In this document: positions 11,230 through 22,319 of the stretch, piece after piece
Layout of the letters: each line of letters opens with the position of its first letter
How positions within the stretch are numbered: the stretch's first letter is position 1
Source: Phoronis australis
Lineage: Eukaryota; Animalia; Phoronida
Direction of reading: 5' to 3'
Assembly (NCBI GenBank): GCA_002633005.1
Contig: NMRA01000387.1
Span: 396,282-430,023, forward strand
Length of the DNA stretch: 33,742 nt
The notes under the pieces: generated by a model
The model's database searches: none
What the model saw: the letters and a program-made list of their open reading frames with translations, nothing else
What the model was told of the DNA's origin: nothing
Made by a program: the position numbers and the translations under genes

Positions 11230-11650
11230 TTATACGAGATACATTTTTAGTCGTATTAAATACTGGTTTAAGATGAGTATGCCCCAGGAATGTTACACAA
11301 GGGCCGTTTGCAACATGTTGTGCAGGCTAGATGAAAATGATAGACAAAACTATAATTGGGCAAGCCCTGTCCGAAATAATGTATGGTTTCTCTGTTGTTT
11401 GGGAAAAAACAAGGGGTGGAGTGTCAAGAGTCGTTTGTAAATCTTTTCTCACAATTTGGTAAGGACAGTGCTTTACAAAGCTGGTAGGCCAATGTTAATT
11501 CCAATTCTAAGTTAAACCATGATAAAAAATTTAAGGTTGTATTTGAACTCGAAAACTATTTAGAAATTGATAATCTTCAGAGTGCTTTGCAAAGTTTTAC
11601 ACGTTTTTGATGTGCAAACCCCAGACTGGAAATAGAAACTGGTCATTGAA
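11230..11650 (+). mobile_element. 3' fragment of a second LINE ORF2, in opposite orientation
   Basis: RIKYWFKM..NWASPVRN.. and CANPRLEIETG are motifs typical of the post-RT region of invertebrate LINEs. Confidence 0.65.
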
Positions 11651-12689
11651 ACGCTGTTCAAAGTCTTCCAATAGTAGAACTTGGTATCGCGAGTACTTTT
11701 AGCAATGCTACTACCAACCGACCACGCAACAGTCGACCATTATTAGCAGACGACGTACTTGCCAGAAATAAAACTCTGTAATTTGGCCAGGTGTTGCTAG
11801 TGAATAATAGCGTAACGGCTTGCGCGTAAGAGCAAAGATTTCGTCCATTGAAAATATGCGGAGTTGAAGGTCCAAGTTCTATAGTCTACGCTGGCACATA
11901 TTAGAAAGCACAACATTTTCTCACTTATGTTCACGTGCGCATACATTTTACCTTTTGACCACAGAGCCGCGTCTTTCTTCAGATTCTAATAAAGCGTTAC
12001 ACGGGTGTCTTAACCCTTTTATAGTGCCTGTTTTCACTATATTTATTATATAAGAACCTTCGACTACATTTCTGATGAGAGGTAAGTATTTTGGCGAAGA
12101 TCGTTATATAAAAGACATACTAATAAAAATGAATTTCATTTTCACCAACATTTAATCCCAACAAATACACACCCTTTCTCAACGTACAATACCTGTACAT
12201 CTACCTGCTATTGACATTAAACTGGATTAAGCGCATTTGAATCTAACCAAGCTTATAACTGATCAAAATTTCAACATGAGATACATAATATTCAATCACT
12301 AGATTAATTTTTAACAATCGGTATACATCGGTACGGACACTTACAATAATCGGAGCATGATATTACTTTTACGTACTTCATTAATACAAGTCCCATGAAT
12401 GCAGATAACAAAAGGACAAGAAAGAAAGCACACTCAAAAAACACCTTTGTACATACCTATTTGCCTACATTGAGTACAGTGTTGTCCAGAAAATGTCATT
12501 TCAGTTTGTACGTTGCCGTGAACCGGACGAAAAATTCTCTCTAATACCTCATCATTTGTAACATTATAATCCTGTTCTTGGAATTGTTTTGAAGCAATGG
12601 GCAAACATTTATTGTGGCGAAAAATTTCATAAACCTAAATAAATATTTCTTTGTGATTTTTTTCTGAAAACACTATAAGAGCACTAGAA

Positions 12690-13035
12690 GACAATGTGAA
12701 ATGTTAAAATATACATACAAATTAAATTGAAACTTAGTATTTTAAAAAATCGGACCCAATGGCTTGTTTTCGTCCCCACCTCCAGACTCAAATGCTAAAG
12801 GAATCTGGGTTCGAGACTTCAATCACTTCAGGTGAAGCCATTTTTTAGTTTGCACGCACTTCCAAAACACTAACCTGAACTGTTCTTGCAATGGATTTGC
12901 GTCATATATGTATTGTGCTTTTGAGAATTCGCAGCGGTGGCGGGACTGCGTTTGCCGGAACTATCCACTGTCATCGTTTTCAAAAAGAAAATTTGTCAAT
13001 AATTTTTAAAATTTTCTGGCACAAGGAAGTAACAG
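12690..13035 (+). repeat. Diverged direct repeat, copy 2 (partner 8794-9163)
   Basis: Same ordered blocks as 8794-9163. Confidence 0.85.
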
Positions 13036-13299
13036 AAAAGCTGTTGAATTGCTATCATTCGCACCGCGGGTGCAGTAGTCTATCAGGTAGTGCGGCATTT
13101 GTGGAACTTGAAGCCTTTTCAAAAATTGAGAATGTTTATCGGAATATATTTCCAAATTTTATCAGACAACGCGTTTTAGAAATCATAGTATTTCGAAACT
13201 GATTTTATCCCTCATCTCAAGCCAGTTCGTTAGTTTGATAGTTCGTATTTCCTCTTGGTTCAAACAAAGATCGAATTATGCTTATAAAACCTAAGATCT

Positions 13300-13305
13300 T
13301 TTAAT
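13300..13305 (-). promoter_or_regulatory. Candidate polyadenylation signal (ATTAAA) for PPPDE-like copy 1
   Basis: About 75 nt downstream of the stop at 13380. Confidence 0.35.
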
Positions 13306-13379
13306 ACAAACGGTCGACAGTGAAAAAAGACTAGTGGCCAATCGAAGGAAACTTGCAGTTTAGATTGGATCATGATCAA

Positions 13380-13770
13380 TTACTGACACCAGTGGGGGCA
13401 CTTGTTATCGTAAAGGATCTTCGAGAAACGGTTGGCAAAATTGTGACAATTGTTCCAGAACAGATTGTACTTCCCGAAGGTTTGCCTGTAATTTTTAACG
13501 CATCTTTCCAGACATAGGGACGAGACTGTGCTGTAACCAGCGGGACGACTCTCCCATCTTAGGATGCAGCCATACTTCTGGTGTTGACTAACAACCCCTC
13601 CAATACCCTTCGAATTCATGTCGTAAACTTTGCCGCGATAGAGGAGAAGGCGATGAGATATCGACCACGTGAATCGTGTGGGGTAGTACTCTCTCTTGAA
13701 CAACTTTCTCTTGAACAACTTTTTTAATCCGAGGCAGAGAAGATTTTGCTTTCCAAAGTAATAGGGAAGG
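13380..13770 (-). CDS. Terminal exon of a PPPDE/DeSI-like (permuted papain fold, peptidase C97-like) protein, copy 1
   Basis: Acceptor TGTTTTTTAG|C, phase 2. SISHRLLLYRGKVY (H-x6-G, as in DeSI HSGIEVYG) and KYNLFWNNCHNFANRFSKILYDNKCPHW (cf. DeSI2 [27 protein letters not shown]). Intact ORF with a paralogue at 21558. Confidence 0.85.
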
Positions 13771-14099
13771 CTAAAAAACAGTAAATGTTTCATTAGCAAG
13801 AGCAACCCCGAGCTGAGGACGCCTGTGGTGTAGACTGCTCTTCAGTAACAGAATGGTCCAGCGAAATTGGAATCCCGGCGTAAAACAGATATGCCGGAGT
13901 CGAAAATAGACCCCACACCTTCGAAACAGCTAATCAGCCCAAAAGAAACACAAACCCCGACATTTAAAACAGGAACCCCGGGGATCGGACAAGAAACCCG
14001 GACAATTTTTCAAACTTTCTGAGCTGATGTCAGAAGCCTCAAACTTTGAGTTAAAACATCTTCAAGTAATTTCCCGTTATATGCTGCATTTGTTTGTTA

Positions 14100-15450
14100 A
14101 AAATTGTCAATAAAAACGTATTTTATATTACATTGAGTTTCTTATTTGTTTTTTTATCGGTAAAACTCGTGCAACTTGTCTGTGGGCGAATTTCAACATA
14201 ATCTATACTCTCAACGCATTGTTATCTCGGCAAATATTAAGTTGACTTCAGATTATCCAACAGTTTCTCCAAAAATATTTTGAAAAATGAAAATTATTTC
14301 GACTTTCGAGTGCCAGTGTTGATTAATTCCTTCAAATATTTTTGCAATGGGCTGCATTTTAGGGTTTGTGGATTTACTTGTCGAGAGTGCATTATTTCCG
14401 GCACAATCATGCTCCGGATTTTGAAATGGACCGGGATAATTATTCACTCAAAAGACCTGCAACGTCACCAAAAAAGTGTACTTCAACTCCTCATCATCGG
14501 TCATTAAAACAGAATTTGAAATTTGAATTTATGAACTTAATGCATTCACTCTTTTTGGCGGATCACTGCTGCAAAATTTGTTCTCTGTTTGCTGGTATTA
14601 AAATGAAACCGGTTCCCATAATATGTTGTGCCATGTACGTAACTTCTTGGAAGTAGAACAGTTGGTTGAAGAATTGTATAAAAACTCGCCAATCAGTGAC
14701 GCAATATTTCATGGAGCCGAAAGCCGACGCAAAAGATCGCTCCACAACTTTGGCAGCAGAATAACGGTAGAACGCCAATCGGTCATGAGTTGTATAAAAT
14801 AACATATCACAACAACCATTTTTAATGGGAAGATTTATTTTTTCATAAAAATGTGGAAATGACTCGTGTTGTATGAACACAGAGCACTTTAAATGTACCA
14901 ACGCACTATATGCTTGAGATGAACAATGTTTAACAGAAAGTACGGTAGTGGTGTTTCGGATGTCCTATCCCAATCTAAGGGATCCTGCTTCAAAGAACTG
15001 GTTAGCTGTTTTGAAGGTGCCTGGGTCTGTTTTCGACTCCGGGATATTTGTTTTACACCGGGGTACCAATTTCGGTGGAACATCTTAATTAAGTAAAGGC
15101 TATCGCTGACGGAGAGCTACGCGCCTCCAATGCTAATGAGCTCAGCAACATAGCCATCGGGCTTGGTTTCAGCGAATGCCTGGCAGACATCGGCACTTTG
15201 TAATACATTTACAAAACATGTCCATTTTTTGTTTTATAGCTCTGTTCCAAGCAAATGACTTCAAAATGTCTCGTCCAACAAAAACCGTTAATGTCCCTTT
15301 AAAAACGACCGCTGTATGACCACAGAACACTGTAAATATTGGGAATAAAATCTCCCCACAATGTTTTGGATGAAAATTGTTAGCTTGGCCGAACGAGTGG
15401 TCGACATGCTATCGAACGCCAACACATAGCCATCTAAAATGAATTTGCGG
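14100..15450 (-). mobile_element. Highly decayed DNA-transposase remnant, possibly hAT-like, in the intron of copy 1
   Basis: Broken frames containing ELISIGG (before the expected CxxH) and LKHIVRW (hAT RW motif); CCGGACA-type subterminal motifs near 13955-14005. Confidence 0.35.
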
Positions 15451-15811
15451 AACTATTGACTTTCACACCCGGTCAAAATGTTGGTCATTATAACATTTTT
15501 GGGGTGTCAAAGCCAACATGTTGACGTAGGTGAAGGGCAATAGATGTGTTTTATATTGCCAAAATTTTATTGGGAACTATAATTGAAGAGTAGGTCTTAC
15601 GTATTTCACCATTGGATAACAGTTATTGCAACGCATGTCTTTTATCTTATAATGAAGTGGAAAAATATTCAGTTTGACTGAATACTGTCGACATCCTGGT
15701 GAAGGTGAGAAAGGAACCTTGTTTATGGACGAACATTTGGTATTACGATCTGTTCAAGGCGGTTAGTGAGAAAAGAACTGAGTTAGTAAGAGTTGAAACT
15801 TTTTTTCTTAC

Positions 15812-15897
15812 CTGCCAGTTAGATTTTTATTCTTGGTGCTATAGGTCAAGCCGTTGGCGGCAATGAATAGTGAGACAAGAATTAGTGATGGAACTCC
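15812..15897 (-). CDS. Signal-peptide-like exon (phase 0-2) of PPPDE-like copy 1
   Basis: Acceptor TTTTTAATTTCAG|G and consensus donor CAG|GTAAGA. The 86 nt read GVPSLILVSLFIAANGLTYSTKNKNLTG plus AG, joining in frame to 13770 (AG|C = Ser). Confidence 0.75.
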
Positions 15898-16449
15898 CTG
15901 AAATTAAAAAGAGGCGTATGACTCAACGGTTGAAGGAGAAAAGCTTAAGAAATGTCCTTGCTTAGATAGTAAAAGCGTCTTTTCATGACACTTTAAAAAG
16001 GTTCTGTTAGTTGTTGTTCTCGTTGTGTGGCAACATTTATGACTTGTGTGGAAGAATTGTGTTTAGATACCGGAAGTAGTCTAGCCTTTGAAATGTCTCA
16101 GCTACAGCCTTAGAACCACTTTCGAAAGTCGATCAAACTACATGCCAGGACTTTTTAATAAGACATGTTAGGATGTTAAAATCATGGTTTCTGAGTGTTT
16201 ATTCTTCAATTATAAAAGAAAAGTTTAGATCGTACTAACAGGTGTGTTCACGTAACCTTCGAAAATTTTCTCGTATTAATTGCTTAGCTAAGCGTGTGTA
16301 TATGCATGCGCACATTATTCAATTCAAATGTTTCATTTGTGCAATGTTTACCTGATGCCCATATTCGGTTATTCGTTTTTTTGTTAATTTAATTTCTGGG
16401 CAGTACTGTAATCTAAAACCATATAGGGTGTGCATGTGATCAAAAAGTA

Positions 16450-17900
16450 CAGGGTACCCTTAAGTCCCTGACCGCGCACTTGCGGATGCCATTCCTGTGT
16501 TACGGACGCATATTCTCAGGATTCGCTCCACTTATTGCCTCGCAAGGAATGATGTACAGGAGCAAGGATAGTCTGTGTCCAAATGAAGAAAAATGTTCCT
16601 TCGATAAGTTTTGGCGGAGCAGGGTATGTGAGCCTGTAAGAAAGGGATAGCGTCATGAAGAGAAAATTCAAGTTGCTCGCGGGCAGACCCGAGCCGCGCG
16701 CACAGATACGGAAGTCTGGGTATCACTGCCCGCACTCTCAGGTGGTTGTGGCACCGGATACCCTGGTGACTACCATACCATGTTAAACATTTGAATGATT
16801 TCTGAAATCCAGATTTGCCATGTTCTTCATTTTGCCATGAATTAGATGGTCATGAATGTATTTACCTTAGTGAGACCTATCGATGCATTACTCTTTTGTT
16901 TATTTGTCATTTGGGTACACCCCTATCACGTGTACTTATGTAACAATGGGGATTGTGACGGTAAATGCTTTTGTACTTTCCGCACAAACATTGGTTGTTT
17001 TCGAGTTAATGAATCAATGTTTGTTTCTTATTGGCTAATATCTTACCTCCTGCGCTTTCCTGTAATTGGCGAGGTGTTTTTAGAGAAGAAAGTTGCACGT
17101 TTGTCTGTATTGGATGTATAGGTGCCGTGGAGTTGTCAATAGGGCAACTCCGGACGGTCTGGGATCACAGATCCATTCAGCCGATTACATTTTATTGCCC
17201 ATGAAGCCGATGGTGAGGTGATGAGAACAGCCTGAAGAAATATGACTTGCATTATCTCGACTTATGACCCACAACAAGTGACTGGACACATTGCAGCGCT
17301 CAGTCGTTCAGTAATTTTTCCAGACGTGGGGGTGATGAACGTGCGATAACATCTGGCTCTTTTGTTAACTGCCCAGCTCAGTCTTTTGTCCCGTATGGTA
17401 ACAAGCAGGCCAATTATCTCCCAGGCTTCAAAGGAAACGTATGGTGGTTGCACGCTATTACCGAACACGTATGAACACAGTCAAACCCAGTGCGTCCGTT
17501 TGGACAGAATAGATTTCTGAACTTCTGTTGTAGTTGGGCGATTTTCGTGATTCAAAAACGGAACATGGTCAGCATTTGACGAGGAATTCAGAAATGCTAT
17601 TGGATTAAGCTCCAATATGGTATGACTTAACTTTCATTTTTATCAGCCCACCCCACTCAGTCTAGATACGATCTGATAGGAGATTAGAGCAATTATCGAA
17701 CAAAAGAGAGCAGGCCCTCCAACCATAAATGCCAGAATAGAGTTAATCAGTTGTGTAAGATATTGGCTACGGGGGTAAACTTCCCAACTTGTTGTTGGAC
17801 TATAGAATCGAACAAGTTGGGAGCAACGGGATGTCGCCGTCATGAAACCTTTTTCAAATTAGTGTAGATAAGTCGGTGGAGCGTGAGACCCCTGAGGTCC
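16450..17900 (-). mobile_element. Possible decayed retroelement (gag-like) remnant
   Basis: GC-richer block with broken frames; GPALF(W)FDN near 17690-17725 resembles the retrotransposon gag LxGPAxxWF motif. Weak. Confidence 0.25.
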
Positions 17901-19142
17901 CAGTCAAGTCCTCACAACAATTCTACGTCATGTGGTCATATTCAATATGTTCCAGAAACAGCAAGAGGTGTAGAAAAGGAAGGCAAATGAAAGTGATAGT
18001 TTAAGTACAATTACAATCCAAAGTGAATTGTACGACCCGTCAGGTTCGGGATACTGTCAAATTTTGGGGAACAGTAAAAAAACGATATTTTTAGATTAGC
18101 TCGTTTTTCTACATGAAAAGCAAACGTGTTCTAGATAAGAAAAGTACTAATTAAATAAAGTGTTTTATTGCATTTTACCTTGGAAAAGTCCCGCTGTCTC
18201 AACGGTGTGGTTGAGTTTTTATTATTCTCTCAATGCATACTCCATCGAAAAGCATTTTGATCTTATAATGATTTGATACATCAAATTGTGTAAACCCGAA
18301 GACTTTGAACATAGGACAGATTTTGAAGGGACGTAACTGTATGTAGTCTGTAAATACAACAGTCTTTTCAAAGACTGACATGCGATTTAAAGCAGCACCT
18401 CTTTACTCTTTTGAAGTGCGATATTGTAGTACTCTTGAAACTGCAGTACAACTTACCCAATATCGCGCCATCTTCTTGTGTGATCGGTTTGCGTACAAAT
18501 GATTTTAGTTCAGAGCGCATGATTTGTTTTTTATGAAAATATTTCCTATTCCTTCTCCAATTAAAAATCTGTGACGCGTAGATAGCACAAGGACAAAGGT
18601 TGTGAATTTCCTCAATCAAATAACTGGTAAGTGACAGTTATTACAGTGACTACTTTTAAGTAGTTTGTTACTTACCAATTATTAAAATAGCGTTTGTATC
18701 GCAATGTAGCATACATATATTAGGGTATATGTTCTCGGGCAAGCGTGCAAACTACATCCGGCAGCAACGATAGGAAACAAGTTTCGCTGATGTACTTGTA
18801 GAATTGTGTAGTGAAGCCGACACCGTGTTCTGCGGTCACTGGCACCGCGTGTTTAGTAGTTGAAGCACGAGTTTTTGAGTCACTGAACAGAATTGGGGAG
18901 TTAACCTGGCCCATGTTTATTTGGTAATTTTCGAAAACAGGCCCACCCAAAGTACGCCTTGGGCATATTTTCGGGAAAATTTCCATAAGTGTGCCCTTGG
19001 GAGTATTTTAGGTAACTGCTAGAATGATTTGAAAATCTGAAGGATTGTTCTAAAATACTTATGTAACATGTGGTCATGTAAAATTTTGTTTATTTTGACA
19101 AGGCCCTATATTTTGGGGCTGCGCTTTCTCATAAATGTTTGT

Positions 19143-19906
19143 TGCATGCGTGGAACTCGAAAAATAGACTAAATTGCTTTATGCAAAGTGGTTCTCTGAT
19201 ACTAAGACAGAATTCAACCTGTTCACCGTGTTTTTTACAGTTTGTTCCTGAACATATTGAATTTCTTTGATGCCAAAGCATTTTTCTTTTTATTTCAAAT
19301 TTCAACAAGCTGTCCATTAACTGCTCGTCACATCGTCGATTTTTTTCTCCCACTAGGTAAAGCACGTCTCCTTATCTGGTATGTCAAGACATCAACGTAG
19401 GATGGAAAATGTGATCTTTGACCTTTCATGTACACAAAACAATGGCGACTTCAAGTATCAGCCTGTCAGATTAAGACGTAATTGATATATGTCCTAACTG
19501 TTTAAAACTAGCTATAAAGGTATGGTAGCATTCAAATATATTCTAAAATGCCCTTGGAATCGTTTTTTTTTTTAGAAAATCATCTGCCTCATACTATGGC
19601 GTCGACCTTAGATTCGATGTGCGATCACCCATGATAATCTGCCGTTCATATCCATCCGATCAGTCAGCTGTTTGTTGAGTGACTGTGAGCGAATGCGCGC
19701 ATTTATAGTGAGTGGGAGGGAGATTACAAAAAACTGTGCTGACTGCAGAGTTTTTCCTTAGCCCGCATTTCAAAAATGGTGAATTTGATGATTCTTTTTA
19801 ACGACTCTCACACGGGAAAGTGAATAACTCTGTAGTAGCAATATGGTACTTTCGCCAGAAATTGTTTAAAAGATATTTTTGACGAGATTTCGCGTTCCAG
19901 GCCTGT
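19143..19906. mobile_element. TTAA-type (Kolobok-like) MITE A, left end degenerate
   Basis: Colinear similarity to 19911-20470 over both arms; right end TTTCGCGTTCCAGGCCTGT|TTAA. Confidence 0.7.
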
Positions 19907-19910
19907 TTAA

Positions 19911-20194
19911 AGTGGCCTGGAACGCGAGAAATAGGTTAAACTTCATTACTCAGAATGATTCTCTGCCACTGAAACATATTTCAACCTGCTCACTAGGTAA
20001 TTTTGCTGTTTTTTGTCAAAATTTTTGTCGATGTCAAAGCATCTTTCTTTTATTTTCAAAGTAAGAAAAAACAGTTTGTCAACTGCTTGTCATTTCTTCA
20101 ATTTTTCTCCCACAAGGCAAAGCAGGTCTCCTTATTTCGTATGGCAAGACTTAGACGTAGCGCATGTGACTTCGACCTTTCATGTAATCAAAAC

Positions 20195-20268
<74 letters not shown>

Positions 20269-20470
20269 CCAGCAGCAGCAGAGGCTGTGAGATCTGAGCT
20301 GGCATTCCAAGGCTAGAGTTCCATGGTCTGTGTTTCAAAAGTAGTGAATCTGACAATTTTTAAAAAAAAATCCTGCAATAATCAAAAGGGATAACTCTCA
20401 CGTTAAGGAGTAGATTCGCCAAGCTCTGTTAAAAAGGTATTTTATGCGTGTTTTCGCGTTCCATGCCTCT
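19911..20470. mobile_element. TTAA-flanked non-autonomous Kolobok-like MITE B (560 bp)
   Basis: TTAA|AGTGGCCTGGAACGCGAGAA ... TTTTCGCGTTCCATGCCTCT|TTAA; TIRs match 17/20, with AG..CT termini. Confidence 0.8.
20198..20281. repeat. (CAG)23-AAC-(CAG)4 trinucleotide repeat
   Basis: Read directly; lies inside MITE B. Confidence 0.98.
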
Positions 20471-21454
20471 TTAAATGCAAACTGAGATTAGAACCAGCAT
20501 CTAAGTAGACAATAACATCTTCGCAATAAATGTCACTGCACCAAAGTCCAATTAATAGATAAAGACGTATAATTTTAGGTGAATGCCTGACTAAGTTCTT
20601 CACAACAACTGTCAAGAAGCTATATTCTAAAATATTTGTCTTGATGGGGTAAAAATCGTTTGAATCATTGGACTTATTTCCTTGCTGGTTTAATTAATCT
20701 TTGAATAACATCAGTGGCACATTTCCTTTTTTATGATACTGTTACAACGTGTTATTTTTTGCATTTTGGGAACGGTCTTGGTTTCTAGAATCAAAAATAT
20801 TTTTAAACCTGACAGGTATGCGGAATGATAATTATTCATGACTTAAATCATTCAAATTTTGACTGTAGTATAATCATTCATTATTAAGAGCTGATAAAAG
20901 GACTTTATAATGATAGGGCTTTTAAGCTATTCGGTTGAAAAACGGAGGAGTTACGAAACTTTTTAGTGACAACAATTCCACAGCAAGAACCAACACCGGA
21001 GCAAACAAATGCCACGCATGCGCTGCACAACCTCATCAGCGCGAGAATGAAGTTAGGTTTAAAACATTGCAATAATGATATTTGACTTTTTGATTTCTGG
21101 GCAGTTCGTTATTGCTGGAGACCAAGCTCAACTAGTTGTTTTGTCACGGCCAATCATTTTATGCATTGATTATGGCCTCAAAACAATTTAATGAACTACC
21201 GTAATTCTTTTGAAACTCACAATCCACTAATCTCACCTGAGTACGAAAAAGGTGAGACTATTTAAGTATCGGTACAAGTAGATAGTCTAAACTAAGCGCT
21301 TTCTCCTTTAGTGACCTGAACCAGTTACATTTAAAGCTATTTTGAGAATAAATAATTATTCAAGAACGTTTTCAAAAAACTTCCAACGCCACAAAACCAT
21401 TTTCATGCTTTAACTAACAGGTGTAAATGAAAAAGAATATAACGCATTATAACG

Positions 21455-21460
21455 TTTATT
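21455..21460 (-). promoter_or_regulatory. Polyadenylation signal (AATAAA) for PPPDE-like copy 2
   Basis: About 100 nt downstream of the stop at 21558. Confidence 0.5.
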
Positions 21461-21557
21461 TTCAATGGTCACAAAACAAATATCAGTCAGAAAAAATCTT
21501 GTTGATTGCTGAAAAGTGACAAGTGTCCCAACAGAACAACTCTGATCATACCATCAA

Positions 21558-21927
21558 TCACCGACACCAGAAGGGACACCTGTTATCGTACAGGATCTTT
21601 GAGTAACGGTTGGCAAAATCGTGACAATTGTTCCATAACAAACTGTATCCCCCAAAGGTTTTCTTGTAATTTCTAGTGCATCTTTCCAGACATGTAGACG
21701 AGACTGTGCTGTAACCCGCTGGACGTCGCTCCCATCTTAGGTTGCAACCACGCTTCTGGCTTTGACTAACAACATGGCCGATACCCTTCCCGTCCACATC
21801 GTAAACTTTGCCGCGGTACAGAAGAAGGCGATGAGAAATCGACCACGTGAATCGTGTGGGGTAGTACGATCTTTTGCCGAACTTTTTCAGGCAAAAAAGA
21901 TTTTGTTTTCCGAAAAAGTAGGGTTTG
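21558..21927 (-). CDS. Terminal exon of PPPDE/DeSI-like protein, copy 2
   Basis: Acceptor CTGATTTTCAG|C, phase 2, at the same position as in copy 1. SISHRLLLYRGKVY..GYSLLWNNCHDFANRYSKILYDNRCPFWCR*; 81/102 aa identical to copy 1 from YYPT onward. Confidence 0.85.
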
Positions 21928-22319
21928 CTGAAAATCAGAAAATGGTTAATTAAAAACGAGTCATTTAAGCATATCACGAAAGCTGACGCTAGCGTGTGTT
22001 ATGGTCACCGCAGGCGGAGATCTGCGAGCTCAGCTGCTTCAAGTGATTAACAGCTATACTGATGTCAAGGCGAGAAAAATCGAATGAACAAGCAGCTAAC
22101 TCGTTCAATTCAACCCTCGATGTGATCTGTCGGCTCAACTGATCGTTCTCCTGAGGAATCAGCTGTTGCTGAGATAGTAGATCTCTAACTGCAGTGACCT
22201 TTACACGCGACATGTTACCTGGTGGGTGTAATTAAACAATACGATGTTTGAAAGAAACTTTTGGGTAAAAGTCTGGTAACTTGACCGAACGGCGATCGAC
22301 TTACGATCGAAAACCCAGA

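Noticed and set aside
16340-16365. First coding exon ATGGGCATCAG|GTAAAC for PPPDE-like copy 1
   Set aside because: It has a phase-2 donor, whereas the signal exon needs phase 0; joining them gives an early stop.
18020-19110. DNA transposon with coding remnants (ORFs 18199-18619)
   Set aside because: The putative TIRs are too weak and I recognise no transposase motif.
20003-20297. PolyQ or polyS protein ORFs
   Set aside because: They are by-products of a CAG microsatellite inside a MITE, with no splice or coding context.
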